The notes beneath the pieces were generated by a model. It ran no database searches. It was not told where the DNA came from and saw only the letters and a program-made list of their open reading frames with translations. DNA of 62,189 bases, the filler included, from Aduncisulcus paluster (taxonomy: Eukaryota): NCBI GenBank assembly GCA_024181965.1. It is 8 parts of 8 records of this genome, joined end to end, with 100 filler letters (N's around TTAATTAATTAA, not from the genome) between each part and the next. Parts side by side here need not be neighbours in the genome. Positions count along the whole stretch, not along the records: positions 22,410 to 27,246 come from BQXS01011078.1; positions 27,347 to 37,971 come from BQXS01011079.1; 6 more parts are not named here. One strand, 5' to 3'. Positions 22,410 to 34,700 of the stretch are shown piece by piece. Made by a program: the position numbers and the translations under genes. Numbering within the stretch: position 1 is the first letter of the stretch; every line of letters begins with the position of its first letter.

Positions 22410-25400
22410 TCTCCTTCTTCAGATTCTCGTGGTGGTGATTGCACGATTGGAGCCAAAGGAATTGGAGGAGTCAATTTGATTGAATGCCACTCACAGCTGG
22501 AATCAGAATGGCATCGTTGGACCTGGACTTCTTTGAGGATGGATTTAGAATGGGATGGATCATCAAAGAATTGTAAATCATGTACGGTTTTAGAAACAAC
22601 TTTCTCAGTTTCTATTTCTATTTTTGGATCATCTGTATGAGGAGATTCATCAGGAGAGTAATAATTACACACAATATCAAGCTCTTTGGGTTGTTTCAGA
22701 CCTTTGGAAAGACACAAATATAACTCAGTCACTGGTTTGGGGGTCGGAAATTTAATAATGAGCTGAGAGAATTCAATGCAGCCATATCCACTCATAAATC
22801 TATTTTTAGATTCTTCATCGGTGTGAGATATTTTGAATCTGTCAAACTTATGGGGGAGGAGAAGAGGATGATCTTTTGAAACGAGTTTAGATGAAAGCAT
22901 TTGTTGAGAAATTGAAGAATGAAAAAGGTCATAATCCTCTGGAACATTGATGATTATGTTGTAATCGGTGAATTTGAGAACATGTGGATTAAAACGATTC
23001 AAAGGGGGATCGGTGAAGGGGGAAGTTCTCACAATCATCGATACATCAGCACGAATTAACCGTTTCTCATCATGACGATAGGATTTAAGCATTTGTTGTT
23101 GTTCTTTCTCACTAAAGGTCCCAGAATAGAACCGTATAGCGTATAATCGACACCAAGATAATCCACCCCACGACTCATCCGATATAACAGTACACTTGAC
23201 AACTCGGTCAATGCAGATGGGAATTTCATGCCATTCAAGACTTTGATTAATTCTATTAATAGAACAAACTTTCTCAATAATTCTACCATCCTCAGAGTGG
23301 AAATTTAAGCGAATTCTCTTTGGTTGATTTTCGTTTCCATAGCATTTGATGAACACAGAGGCGATGAATCTTGATCTGACTGACCGAGGTGTTGAAGAGA
23401 CGAAATCTGGAGCCATCATCGCGGAATCATGATCGTGAGCAGAAGATTTATCCGCGGCAAAAGGGAGAGAAATCTTATTAAAGTTAATTGGAGTGCTTTC
23501 TTCAAGGAATCCGTGGAGAGATGAAGCTCCCAGGCCCTTTGCATTCTTTGAAGCCCTTACTCGAGTCTTGTCAATCGAAATAAAATCTTTCTTCATAGAT
23601 ACTCCATCTCCTTCCTCAAATATGATCTCAGGGATTGGAATGGAGATATACGAAGAATCTATCAGGGGGTGGGCTGACTTGCGGGGAGTCACTGTATACA
23701 AGGAACCTGAGCTGGAACGAGAGGTTACACTCTCCTGGATTGAAGGCTCAGAACATTTCCTCAAGTGATGCCTTGTATGATGACAGGAGAGAGAAGACTT
23801 GTTCGATGTCATTGAAGGGGCATTAATCTGTGTGGTTGAGGAATGAGAATGAGAAAGTTGGGAGTGAGAAAGTTGGGATCCTTCAGATATTGAGTCCTCA
23901 GCGTGGGCTGATATCGGCAGGGGAGGGAGGGGGGGTAATGGGGAAGTTAAAGTGCTAGGGAGTTGCATTGAATGTGATTCGCTGGCTGATCTTCTCCCAA
24001 AATCCAAATCACCATAGATTTCATCATCCTTTCTCTCGGAATAGAACCTAAGTCCACTGATCACTGACCATTTGTTTCCACATACACTTCGGATACTTGA
24101 GATAACAACTCGCACAACTTTTCCAATGCCCGCGTGAAAATCATGTTCTTCTCTCCTGTCATCGATCATAACCTCGTGCCACCTTGATTGTCTATCATGG
24201 AATGTGGATATAAGAAGAGGAAAACGAAGGACTTCCCCATCACGAGTAATTACAAGTATATCAAGGTCTTTGGGACCGAATTGAGGGTGTTTCATGTTTC
24301 CAGCAATTAGAATGTGTATAGATGTGAGTGTTTGAGGGGTATCAAATGAAATCGAAAGGTCACGGAATGGAATTCCAGGAGATTCGGTGGAGAAATTCTT
24401 CTCTTCTTTTTTGAGAGATTGTTCTTCTTCTTCAAAGGCATCTTCAACATGATCTCTCTGCTCAAGCTCACTGGAGAAATATTGGCACGATGACAAAAGT
24501 TTCTGAGCATCCTCGAGGGAATAATCACAAGCAAATATAGTGAATTTTGAATCTATTTTTAGATTATCAATCGGTGTGAACTTGGAATAGGATGAAGAAA
24601 GATGAATGGCATCTGGGGTCCAAGAAGCAGGAAATATTACCTTACTTTTGCGTTGTTTCATATATTCAATCGTATGTTCTGAGATATTTGAAGGGTGAAT
24701 AATGGCAATGGATCTCAACTCTAAACTGACATTCTCCAAATCAGAGAAAATGGAAGAAGAGAGAGAAGAGGGAGAAGGGGGAATGTCTGTACTCGGCCAT
24801 AATGAAATGATCTCGATCTCAATATAAATGACATCATAACGACATTTAAAAGGGAGAATAACCATTTCGTCTGACCCAGGCTCTTTCTCAGAACTTGAGA
24901 CTCGGGACCAATTTTTGGGAAATCTAAATTTATACTCAAGTTTCTCACCTTCGATTCCACATGTGATATTTATATCTTTCGCACGTGTCTCACAAGCGTT
25001 AGAAATAGTCATAAAAATTCCACCAATCTTACAAGGTTTAAATAAAGGTATTTTGATCTTTGAGAAGGATATGTCAGATAATCTGGTAACGAAATTGAAG
25101 AACGAACTATTTTTAGATGCGTGTAACCCAGAAATAACACCAGAGCAGTGTGATTCATTGATCGAAGCAAAAGGGATCGGACATGATCTATCAAGTGCAT
25201 GTAACCATCGGAAATGAATTGGAACTTGGCGACTTTTTCCTTCCAATTCATCCTCAGCAATTACTATTCTTATGCCAGAGAGGGAAAATAAGCGAGAAGA
25301 CTCATCCCAACCTTCGGAAAATCCAATTTCGCATCGAACGATCGAATCAAGGTAAACGGGCAACGAATGCCATTCTTTTCCTTCAACACGAGGAAAAGAA

Positions 25401-25768
25401 TACGATCTTGAAAATATTTTCCCATCTGAACAACGGTGGAAATGGATTGTAGCCTCTTTGGGCTGGTTCTTTGATGACAAACAAAGTAATATGGATCCAA
25501 TTGCATGTGGTTTTGCTAATGGGAGAGAAATAAAGGAGATGGTAATCTCTTTATCTTCATTCAAGAATAATTCGAACTCGGATTTTGTTTTGGATGTTCT
25601 CGGAGCTTCTTTCTGAACTCGGATTTTATCTTGAGATTCGGGGAATGTAGTATTAACAACAGCTACATGCGGATCTGCACTAGGAAATGGAGGACCTTCC
25701 GATTCATCACTAATTTTGGATGATTCGATTGAGCCAGCAAAATCAACTACAGAACAAGAAGAACCCAT
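22410..25768 (-). CDS. Protein with a putative N-myristoylation/palmitoylation signal and at least five copies of the beta-rich module; 3'-truncated
   Basis: Starts MGSSCS (Gly2, Cys5, Ser6). Repeated motifs ISLPL..P..I.SI.LC, QPK, EWHSLPV...IV.CEI and LSGIRI are shared with the 7830 and 46018 genes. Confidence 0.85.
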
Positions 25769-26264
25769 TAATTATTCTTTTGTTAAGAAATTTTACGAAA
25801 AAAAACAATTGTATCTTCTCAAATAATTAAATTAGGTTGAAAGGTGGGTAAGATGGAGTTATCATTGGATATAGTTGTCACATACAATAAAAAATGATAA
25901 GAAATCAAATAAATGTTAAAATATTATAAAGACTAGTTGTAATTTTTGCAAGATTTGTTTGGATTGACCAGAAAAATCTGGATTTCGTTTTGGTTTTGTT
26001 GGGATGAATATGCTTTTAAAAAATTGCAGAATTTTAAATAAAATTGCAATTATTCGAGGGTTTCTTTTAAATTCATAAGTTATTCGATAATATAATATAA
26101 AAAAGAACGAGATAGCAAAAATTCAATTTTATTTTGGGAATTCGGGAGCAGATACAAGTGAACTGTCCAATTAAGTTTAAAGATGTTTTTTTAAGAAATA
26201 AATAAGTATGAGATAAGAAACAAAGTGAGTAAATCACGAACATTCACAAATCACAACAACAAGC

Positions 26265-27246
26265 TTAGGCACAGAGACCTGCAACAACGGAGGATTCAAT
26301 ACCACATTCGTTGTCACCCTTGACGATACGGAAGAAACCAGCTTCTCCCCAGTCAGTTCCCCAAGAGTTGGCAACAGTCCAGTACTTGGTGGAATCCTCA
26401 AGACCCCAACCAACAATCTTGATGGCGTGACCTCCCATGTACCAACCCCAGGTGTGCTCGTAGATACCATATACATACGAGTAGAAGTCTTGGTAAAGCT
26501 GGAAAGAACCCTCGACGGGACCATTTGTCATGATTTCGGTTGCAATTGCAGTCTCGTCAGCATCTACTCTATAAACAGTAGACGCCTGATAATAGAGCAA
26601 ATCGGAGCTATCCTTACAGACTTTCGGACAGCCAACCTCTCTTCCATAAATATATGTATTATCATCGTAAGGGTAACACTCATCAGTAACGGTACCAGTG
26701 GTCCTCAAAAAAATCCATACAAGGTCAATGCTACCTCCATTGCAGCCATCATTGGCTGTATCACAAGAAATGAGGTACTCGGGAGAAAGTTCAATGAAAT
26801 TGGAACCACGAGCGATAGCACAACGGTCAGAAAGAACTTCAGAAGCACCAAAAGCCCAGCAACCACCACATTCACCTTGGTCACGGATACCTCCAATAAG
26901 TCCAGGCCAGGCGGTGGAGGATTCGAAGGATTCAGGAAGAGCATCAGCAGACATGAAGTGACGCTTCACGGGAAGGGCAGGACGCTCAGTGGAAGTACGG
27001 AGGATTTTCTTGGCTTCAGAAATAGTCATACCCCTGAAACGGTCGTACATCTTGGCAGTCCACTTGGAGTTGCTGGCGTTGTGCTCAGCAATCTTCTCAG
27101 CAACCTGGAGGAGAGCAGTATCAATGGCACCGATGTGGTCAAGGTCTGGAGTACCAGCAGTAACATTACCCTCAATACCACACTCGTTAACACCCTTAAC
27201 AATACGGAAGTAACCGTCTTCTCCCCAGTCAGCTCCCCAGGAGTTG
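26265..27246 (-). CDS. CTSB: Cathepsin B-like C1A cysteine protease, last unit of an in-frame tandem; 5'-truncated
   Basis: Catalytic motifs DQGECGGCWAF, GGHAIKIVGWG and VANSWGTDWGEAGFFRI. The frame extends 65 codons upstream of ATG 27050 to the contig edge and contains a second protease C-terminus. Confidence 0.95.
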
Positions 27247-27346
27247 NNNNNNNNNNNNNNNNNNNNNNNNNNNNNNNNNNNNNNNNNNNNTTAATTAATT
27301 AANNNNNNNNNNNNNNNNNNNNNNNNNNNNNNNNNNNNNNNNNNNN

Positions 27347-30300
27347 CTTGTTCCTTTCCTTGTGCTGCGAGTGGTATCACTAACAGCACCAATCTCCTGA
27401 GTTTTGACACCAATGGATCCGACTTGTCTCTCGTGGAATGACACAGTACCCTTCTTTGAAGGTGGAGAAAATTTCACTCCAACCATATGAGGCCCTAGTT
27501 TCTTTGAAGACCCATCTTTCCTTTGCACTCGCTTCGCTTTCCACTGTTTTTCCCACTCTTCGCGTTGTTTGGCACGTTCTTTCTCCATATAAATGTCTCG
27601 TTCAATCTCTCGCATCCTTAGGCGGGTTTGATGATCAGATCTGAATGGGTTAAGTCCTGAATTATCAACGGGGCCGATCGTCCGTATCTTTTTCCCTATA
27701 GCCTTATTTTGGGCAGAATATATTTGTTTATCGAGATCTCTTTGAAGTGTGGCCAAGAATGGTGAAGTGGTGACAACAGGACTCCTTCTTTGCGTCTGGG
27801 AAGTAGGGCCCTCTTCACGTTCCAATGGGAGCACGTGCCCTTCAGAAAGTGAGGGATTCTTCTTCACTGGAGCAAGATCACAACTGTACTTGATGCCTGA
27901 ATCATTCTCTGTATCTTCAGCTTTTTGAGATAATGATAATATCCTGTCTTGCTCCTCCTCTTCTTCTTCTTCTTCTTCCTTTGAGAGTTGTTCCTGTCCT
28001 TGATATTGAGGTAAGCTTGATTCGGCAATACTGTGACCTAATCTCTTATGTTTATCAGACATTCTAGAGTGCCATACAAGGCTCCGTTGTAGGATACGAT
28101 GCCTCCATCGTGATACTGACTTTTCCATCCATTCTCTTTGTTCTCGCAAACCCAATAATCCTTCCATGAGTTGGAAATTATTCATAAATAACAAAATCTC
28201 ACTAGTTTGGGGGAAATCTGAAATAAACCCGAATCCACGGGAAGGAACAGCAGCTTCTGTTCTAAATTTAGCCATAACCCCATCAATATTGGCCCTGTGA
28301 CTGAAATTCTTAGCCTTTCCGCCCTTTCCTTGTCTAGGGTGTTGAGAAAAAACAACTTTGGAGGGAGATCTCACAGGAGGGGATCTTATCGAATTTGGGC
28401 TTGAAGAGGAAGGCGAAGACATCTCTCGTAGACTTCTGGGTGGAATCATATATTCTTTCATAATTTCTGCATCACCGCCACCCTGAACACCAATCCTCGC
28501 GCTTTTCTTTGCATTTTCACTCACAAACAGATTGCAAGAATATCCTTGATAATGGTGATGCTGTAACATTTGTTTCACAAGACACATTGAACGCACAATG
28601 GGACAAAGATAACAAGATATAAGACGTTCATGAACTGGAGATAATAATACTTCCTCACAACCACACTCTCCTTCTTTTCTCTTAGTTGAGAGACCGACAG
28701 AGCTCAGTGGGACTGAGAGCAGGGATAGTAAGGAAGAAATCGAAGGAATGCATTCTTTGAGACATGAATGGGCTGCTGAAAGATGGGATAGCATACATAC
28801 ACGACGATCTTCGACAGATGAAGGGGTTGATAAGAAGTTGGAGAGTGCCACCGAATCCATCTGAGACCAAGGCAAGGTACCTTCACCATGAACAACCTTT
28901 CCATCACGTAGTATGTGAGATATTCTCGATTGGTGTATTGGAGATTTCGTCGGTTCCTCTTCAGAAATCGAGTCCTTTAATCTATGACTTGCTTGCTCAG
29001 GTTCTTCTTTTTCTTCTTCGTTATTGGATATATCATCACCTTTCCTTTCTTGTTTCTTTTGTTGAGATTCCTCTTCTTCCCCTTCTTTCAGTTTCTGGAG
29101 TTCTTTCTCCTGCTGCGCTTTAAACTCTGGTCTTTGTTGCCCTGCCTCTTTCTTTCTCTGCAAAAGCCAAGAAATATCGTCAATAAACATCGAGCTGAGT
29201 GGAACTCTGTTGAAACGTCCTGATAAATGCTTTATAGCGCCTGTATACGTCATGGATCTTTGTTCGTGCACATTCTGGGCAGCAATATACTTACTGAAGG
29301 TCTTAAGGGCAGGCGAGGCACTGTTTCCGATGAATAGCCAGATATCCTGTTGGATATAGTTATATTCAGGGGCCATTGGAGGAGGATTCGTATCTTTTCC
29401 AGCACCATCATAGTGCACTGGTGAAAATGTTGACGAGGAATTCTCAGAGAAGGACACAGAACCACCTCTTTCTCGTTCAAGGGGATGGGACTGGTCAATA
29501 GAACATGGGGGCGTGGGAACTCGTTTGAAATCAGAGTCGGAAGTTGTTGTTGTTGATATACAATTGCCTCTTTCATCGCGTTGACTAAAGGGAGAGGAAG
29601 AGAGAGCAACAGCTGGGGTAAATGGGTCAAACACATGCTCTTCATCTTCTTCAATCGCTAGTTCTGAACAGACAGAGACAGATGTGACTTCGTGAGTACT
29701 AGCATCTTGTGATTCCATGTTAGATATGGTGGTGCTGAAGGCCTGGTCTCCAAGATCTGTGGAAGTGGTAGAGGTCGTGCACTGGAGTGCATCGGGTATC
29801 TTGTGTTCTTCGGCATCATCAGAGAACACAATACCAGAAGAATGTTCCAAGGACTCGGATTTCTTGGTTCTTGACGAACAAATGGCAGATACTGAAGGAT
29901 TTCTTTCCTCGTCGCATTCCTTGATAGAGCGTAGATTTGACCGGGCTGTCTCCGAGGAGTCTAAAAAGCCATGACGAAGATGTACCGATGTAGCAATTCC
30001 ATCAGTGGCGAATGAAAACCGACGAAGGGGGACAGAATGGGAAGAATCTGTGAATTTGGGAGAGTGTCTAGTCGTTCCGGGTGGAATAACTTCCATTATG
30101 GGTTTATCAATAACTAGAGACGGGGTTTTTGGAGATGAAATTGAAGGTAGAGGGTGCGTAGTTGGCATATGTTGATAGTAAGACTCAGAAGCACGCCGTC
30201 CAAACAAAGCTCCAGATGGAACATATTCTGAAGACTTATTCGTTTCATCTTTTAAGGTATGGCTCCAATATGGTGCAGATATTGACAAAGGAGTGAAAGT

Positions 30301-30819
30301 TAGTGCGATTTGGGCCACAAATTCCGATATTGTATTTGTGGGAGCCATATGAGTTTCTTTAGGGGATCCATATGAATCATCACATGAATCAGCAACATCT
30401 TCCGACTCAGAATAGGTTGGACTCATGGCAGCTCCAGAACTAGATAAGGATTCAGGTGATGGATCCATTTCGAAGTGTAAAGGTGGAGAAATGGGTTCAT
30501 ATTTGGAATTATACTTTGAAAGTAATTGCTTAATATTTGAACTTTGTGTATTTATGCTCTTCTTACGGAAAGTATGAATAGCAATGAGAGATTTATCTTG
30601 GGTAATATTATCTAAACATTCAGGGAAGACGGCACGTGAGACCTTAAAATCCTGAACTTTACCAGTGTTATCTGATTGTGAAATATCATCATCTTGCTTT
30701 GGTTCAACTAAAAATAATGTGATGGCCGATTTGAACGATATTTCAAGAAAATCACGAAGCAAAAATCGTCTCTCTGTTCTAAATAATTGCGGAGATTCAA
30801 TAGATGTGGATTTGCTCAT
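27347..30819 (-). CDS. Large Ser/Glu-rich, mostly disordered hypothetical protein; 3'-truncated
   Basis: Uninterrupted ORF of more than 1150 codons, first ATG at 30819. I recognise no domain. Confidence 0.75.
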
Positions 30820-31110
30820 CCAAAAATCCACTTAATTGGTTATTTCTCGACAAAAACGCAAAAAAATTACATTTGGGTTTATTGAGAAAAATGTCGGGGA
30901 AAAGCTTATTGATATGCTGTTTTTCCAAAATATATTATGAAATAATTGTCAATATTGAATCATTTTTTTATATTAAGCATTTTGTGTTTTTCTTTCGCCA
31001 ATACTGGAGGTGAGAAGATGAAACCGTTTTTTATAATCCTCATTGAAAGTTAATGTCTTAAATATTTTATTATTGAATATCTTTTACCTGATACGATTTC
31101 AATTCGGTGT

Positions 31111-31622
31111 TGTAATCAACTTATGATGTTGTGATAATATTATAATCCTCTTTAGTCAAAAAGTTTTATCCATTGAAACATTTAATTGGGTTTATTGATT
31201 CTTTTTTTAATTTTTTTTTAAATCTTCACTGTTACGTGATTTTTGATAATATTCGACGGTTGTTGTGATATTTTATATCTATATAGATTTTAAAATGGTT
31301 TCCCTATGTAAGTTATGGCAAATATGCTTTATTAAAATGTTTTTGGTTGAAAACATNNNNNNNNNNNNNNNNNNNNTGTAATCAACTTATGATGTTGTGA
31401 TAATATTATAATCCTCTTTAGTCAAAAAGTTTTATCCATTGAAACATTTAATTGGGTTTATTGATTCTTTTTTTAATTTTTTTTTAAATCTTCACTGTTA
31501 CGTGATTTTTGATAATATTCGACGGTTGTTGTGATATTTTATATCTATATAGATTTTAAAATGGTTTCCCTATGTAAGTTATGGCAAATATGCTTTATTA
31601 AAATGTTTTTGGTTGAAAACAT
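31111..31622. repeat. Gap-flanking duplication (31111-31356 = 31377-31622), assembly artefact
   Basis: The same 246 bp occurs on both sides of a 20-N gap. Confidence 0.9.
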
Positions 31623-31725
31623 CCTCCGATTGCTTTCTTGCTTGTCAACGTCTCCGAATGAATTTTCCTTTTCTTGTCCATTACTATCCATATTGTCATA
31701 TTGACACAATTATTTATTATATTAA

Positions 31726-34700
31726 ATGAATAATTCAAAAATATTTCGTCGATTTCAATTAGATACTGATGAGATAAAGACGTTTTCATTATTTCTTTCG
31801 ATTTGCAATAGAAAGACAGTATATAGACGACAAAAATGTATTTTAAATCGTATATATCCTACAATAGTTTGTATATTTAAGAAGAATACCGATATTTTCT
31901 GTAAGATATACAAAGATTTAAATTTAATACTGAATATTTTCCCAATTTTACAATCATTCTCCCACCATTTTTATACTTCCAGTGACATCTTTAAATCTAT
32001 CGGTTATCTGGTTGGAATGGATTATTTTAGTTTCATTCGACATTCTTGCTGTTCTTCAAGTTGGTTTCACTGGATAGTTTCAAGATTATCACAGGAAAAT
32101 CTCTTATTTATTCTAAAACATTATTCCAAAGCGAGTTTATATGCGGTTTATTCTGGCAATTGTATTTTTTTGAAAAGATATCTTGTCATTTTGAAACATG
32201 CCAGCTCTGAATCTCTTGGATTGTCGGCCATATGCTATCAACTGTGTCATAATCAACTTTTTTTCATTGAAGTATCGTCATCTCAGACGCTACAGTATCT
32301 TTCTACTGACAGGGTCCTTGTGTATGCTCTAACATCGATGTGGACGAGGTCCGAGGATGTTATAAGATATCTAAATGAAGTCATATCAAATCCAAAGCAA
32401 TCAAAATACTCATTCAACAAAGTCTTTGTCTCTCTTCAAATCTTGAGCACGGCTGTGAGCAAAATGAACGGCCAGGATCGTTCGCTTGCAGCCAAAAGAC
32501 TTATACATTATCTTGGCACAAAGCGAAGTATTTTTTGCAAAATATTTTTGGGTGGAATTTTCGTTCAGCAACACTCGAAGGCAGATTATAGCCCCGATTT
32601 ACTTTCAACTGTCCAAAAACGATTTTCAATCGATCTGCTCAGTCAGTATTTCCACGATTATTTGGATTATATCTCGATAAGTATTGCTTCAAAGAAGCAA
32701 TTCAGATCGGATGATTGGTTTTTGCAACAATTATATCGCATAATTCAGGTTATTCGAAATGGACAATGTGATTGCAATATTTGTGAACGTTTTGTCGAAA
32801 TTGTAATTTCTGTGATCTGCCAACGCATTATTTTTCATGAATTTGAGGAACGAATTCTTGAGAAACTAATATTTGTTATTATGTCGAATGATAATTGGAA
32901 ATATCTTATCTCAAACCCTTCGGGAAGTGTGCTCAAGTTGCTCTTTATTACATTGATATCTCTTGCTTTTGCAATCACAAAGTCTGATTCGTCGCAATTT
33001 CATGCTTTTGATGGTATTATGGTTCATGAAATTAATTCTATTTGTTCACAATTATCTCCTTTTCCCTTCATCCACTCTGGAATTCTGTTTTCTCTTCATC
33101 TCTTACAAGCATCAACCATTTATATTGAATTTTGTTGTGCAATCCCAAGTTTTATTCCATACATTTTTGATGGTTTGTTCAATATTTGCACTCAACTTTT
33201 GGCCTTTCTCTCGTTTTCAAAGCTCCATAGTGTTGCATTTGATGCAATTATTGATATTATCAAGCGATGTCAGTCTGAGGTAATTAAAACGAAATTCCTT
33301 TTGCTCTTTTTCAAAATTTGCTCCTTTTCAATTTCTCTTTGTAGAAAGGATCCCTTTGTCTACGTGAACCCTCTCATATTCTACGAATTATCCTCTTTAA
33401 TAACAAATGAGGAAATTCAACTCTCATTATTTGCCGTGATCAATACATGCACGGTGTTTTATCCTGATAACAAGCGCTGGAAAGAAGTCATGTTTGAGCT
33501 TGAAACTGGTCCAATCGGATCGCTTTTCGATATTAACACACTTTTGAATGCGTATTATGACCAATTATTGTTACCTATATTTAGTTGTTCGGATGATTAT
33601 AAAGATTTCTGTCTTCTCGTTACGAAGAGGAACCCGCATTTCAACTCAGCCAAACAGAAATCCCACATCTTAATGGCGATATTGGCAACATATTATTCCA
33701 TTAAAGAGCGTAAGAAATACAGAATGACAATTAATTTTTTTTCCAAATGTTTGTTTCTCATCTTCCAACGTATTCAAACCAACCTTCAGGATATTATTCA
33801 GAACTGTGGGAAGGGAACCAAGAATAATGAAGAAGATTCCGATTTTATGATTGTTCTTAATCAATATCTTATTGATCTATTTTTATATTTTTCTGAAATT
33901 TTCATCCAGTTTCCTCAATTATCCATTTTTTTTGGTGAAGGTCAATATTTTGTCTTCCAACTGTTTGAATTAATGAAAGAAGTTGGTTTCTTATTTAGTG
34001 GACAAAAAAAAATTGTTGACTGGACAATGTCCGTCATTCAGCATATTTTCCAGCTTATATACGTTCACCTCCATGAACAGTCATATGATAAGCCACAATG
34101 TGACCACGAACAGTGGCGATTGAATGTAGAATTTTGTTCCCAAGTGCTTGAGCTCATATTTTATGATCATTTAGGATGTCTTCGACAACATAATCATCAT
34201 CTTCCTTCAGAATCGATGATTATAGTCTTATCAAAGCATCGGAAAAGGGCACATCATAATTTAATACCTTCTCAATCGGTTATTTCAACAAATAGATGGG
34301 GAAATTATCGCAATTTACTGGTAAAATTTGTCAAGACAGTGGAATTGTTTTCTTCAAATGATAAGAAGTTCCAAATCCAAACTTTTTCTCCAGATTCTTG
34401 GACGTTGACACCGATATGGTTCCAAAACATTATTGGACATCGGTTTTTTGTTCCAATTTGGTGTGTTATTGAGAAACTTTGTTCCTTGATCATCACTGGA
34501 AAATCTCACTCTAAACAAACACATTTTTTTATTGATTGTGTTCGTCGCCTTTCGATAATCATTCTCTTTTCATTGAGTTTGTTTAATTCTCCTTCTGCCA
34601 AAAATATTTGTTTTGTTCCGATGTTTCCTCTTGTTGGTGTTTGTCATTTCTGCACCGAGCTTATCTTAAAAGACACAAAAAATCATGAATTGAAACGTAT

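Noticed and set aside
26427-27246. Long antisense ORFs (also 14375-15151 and 44140-44676)
   Set aside because: They are shadow frames opposite well-supported genes and carry no recognisable motifs.
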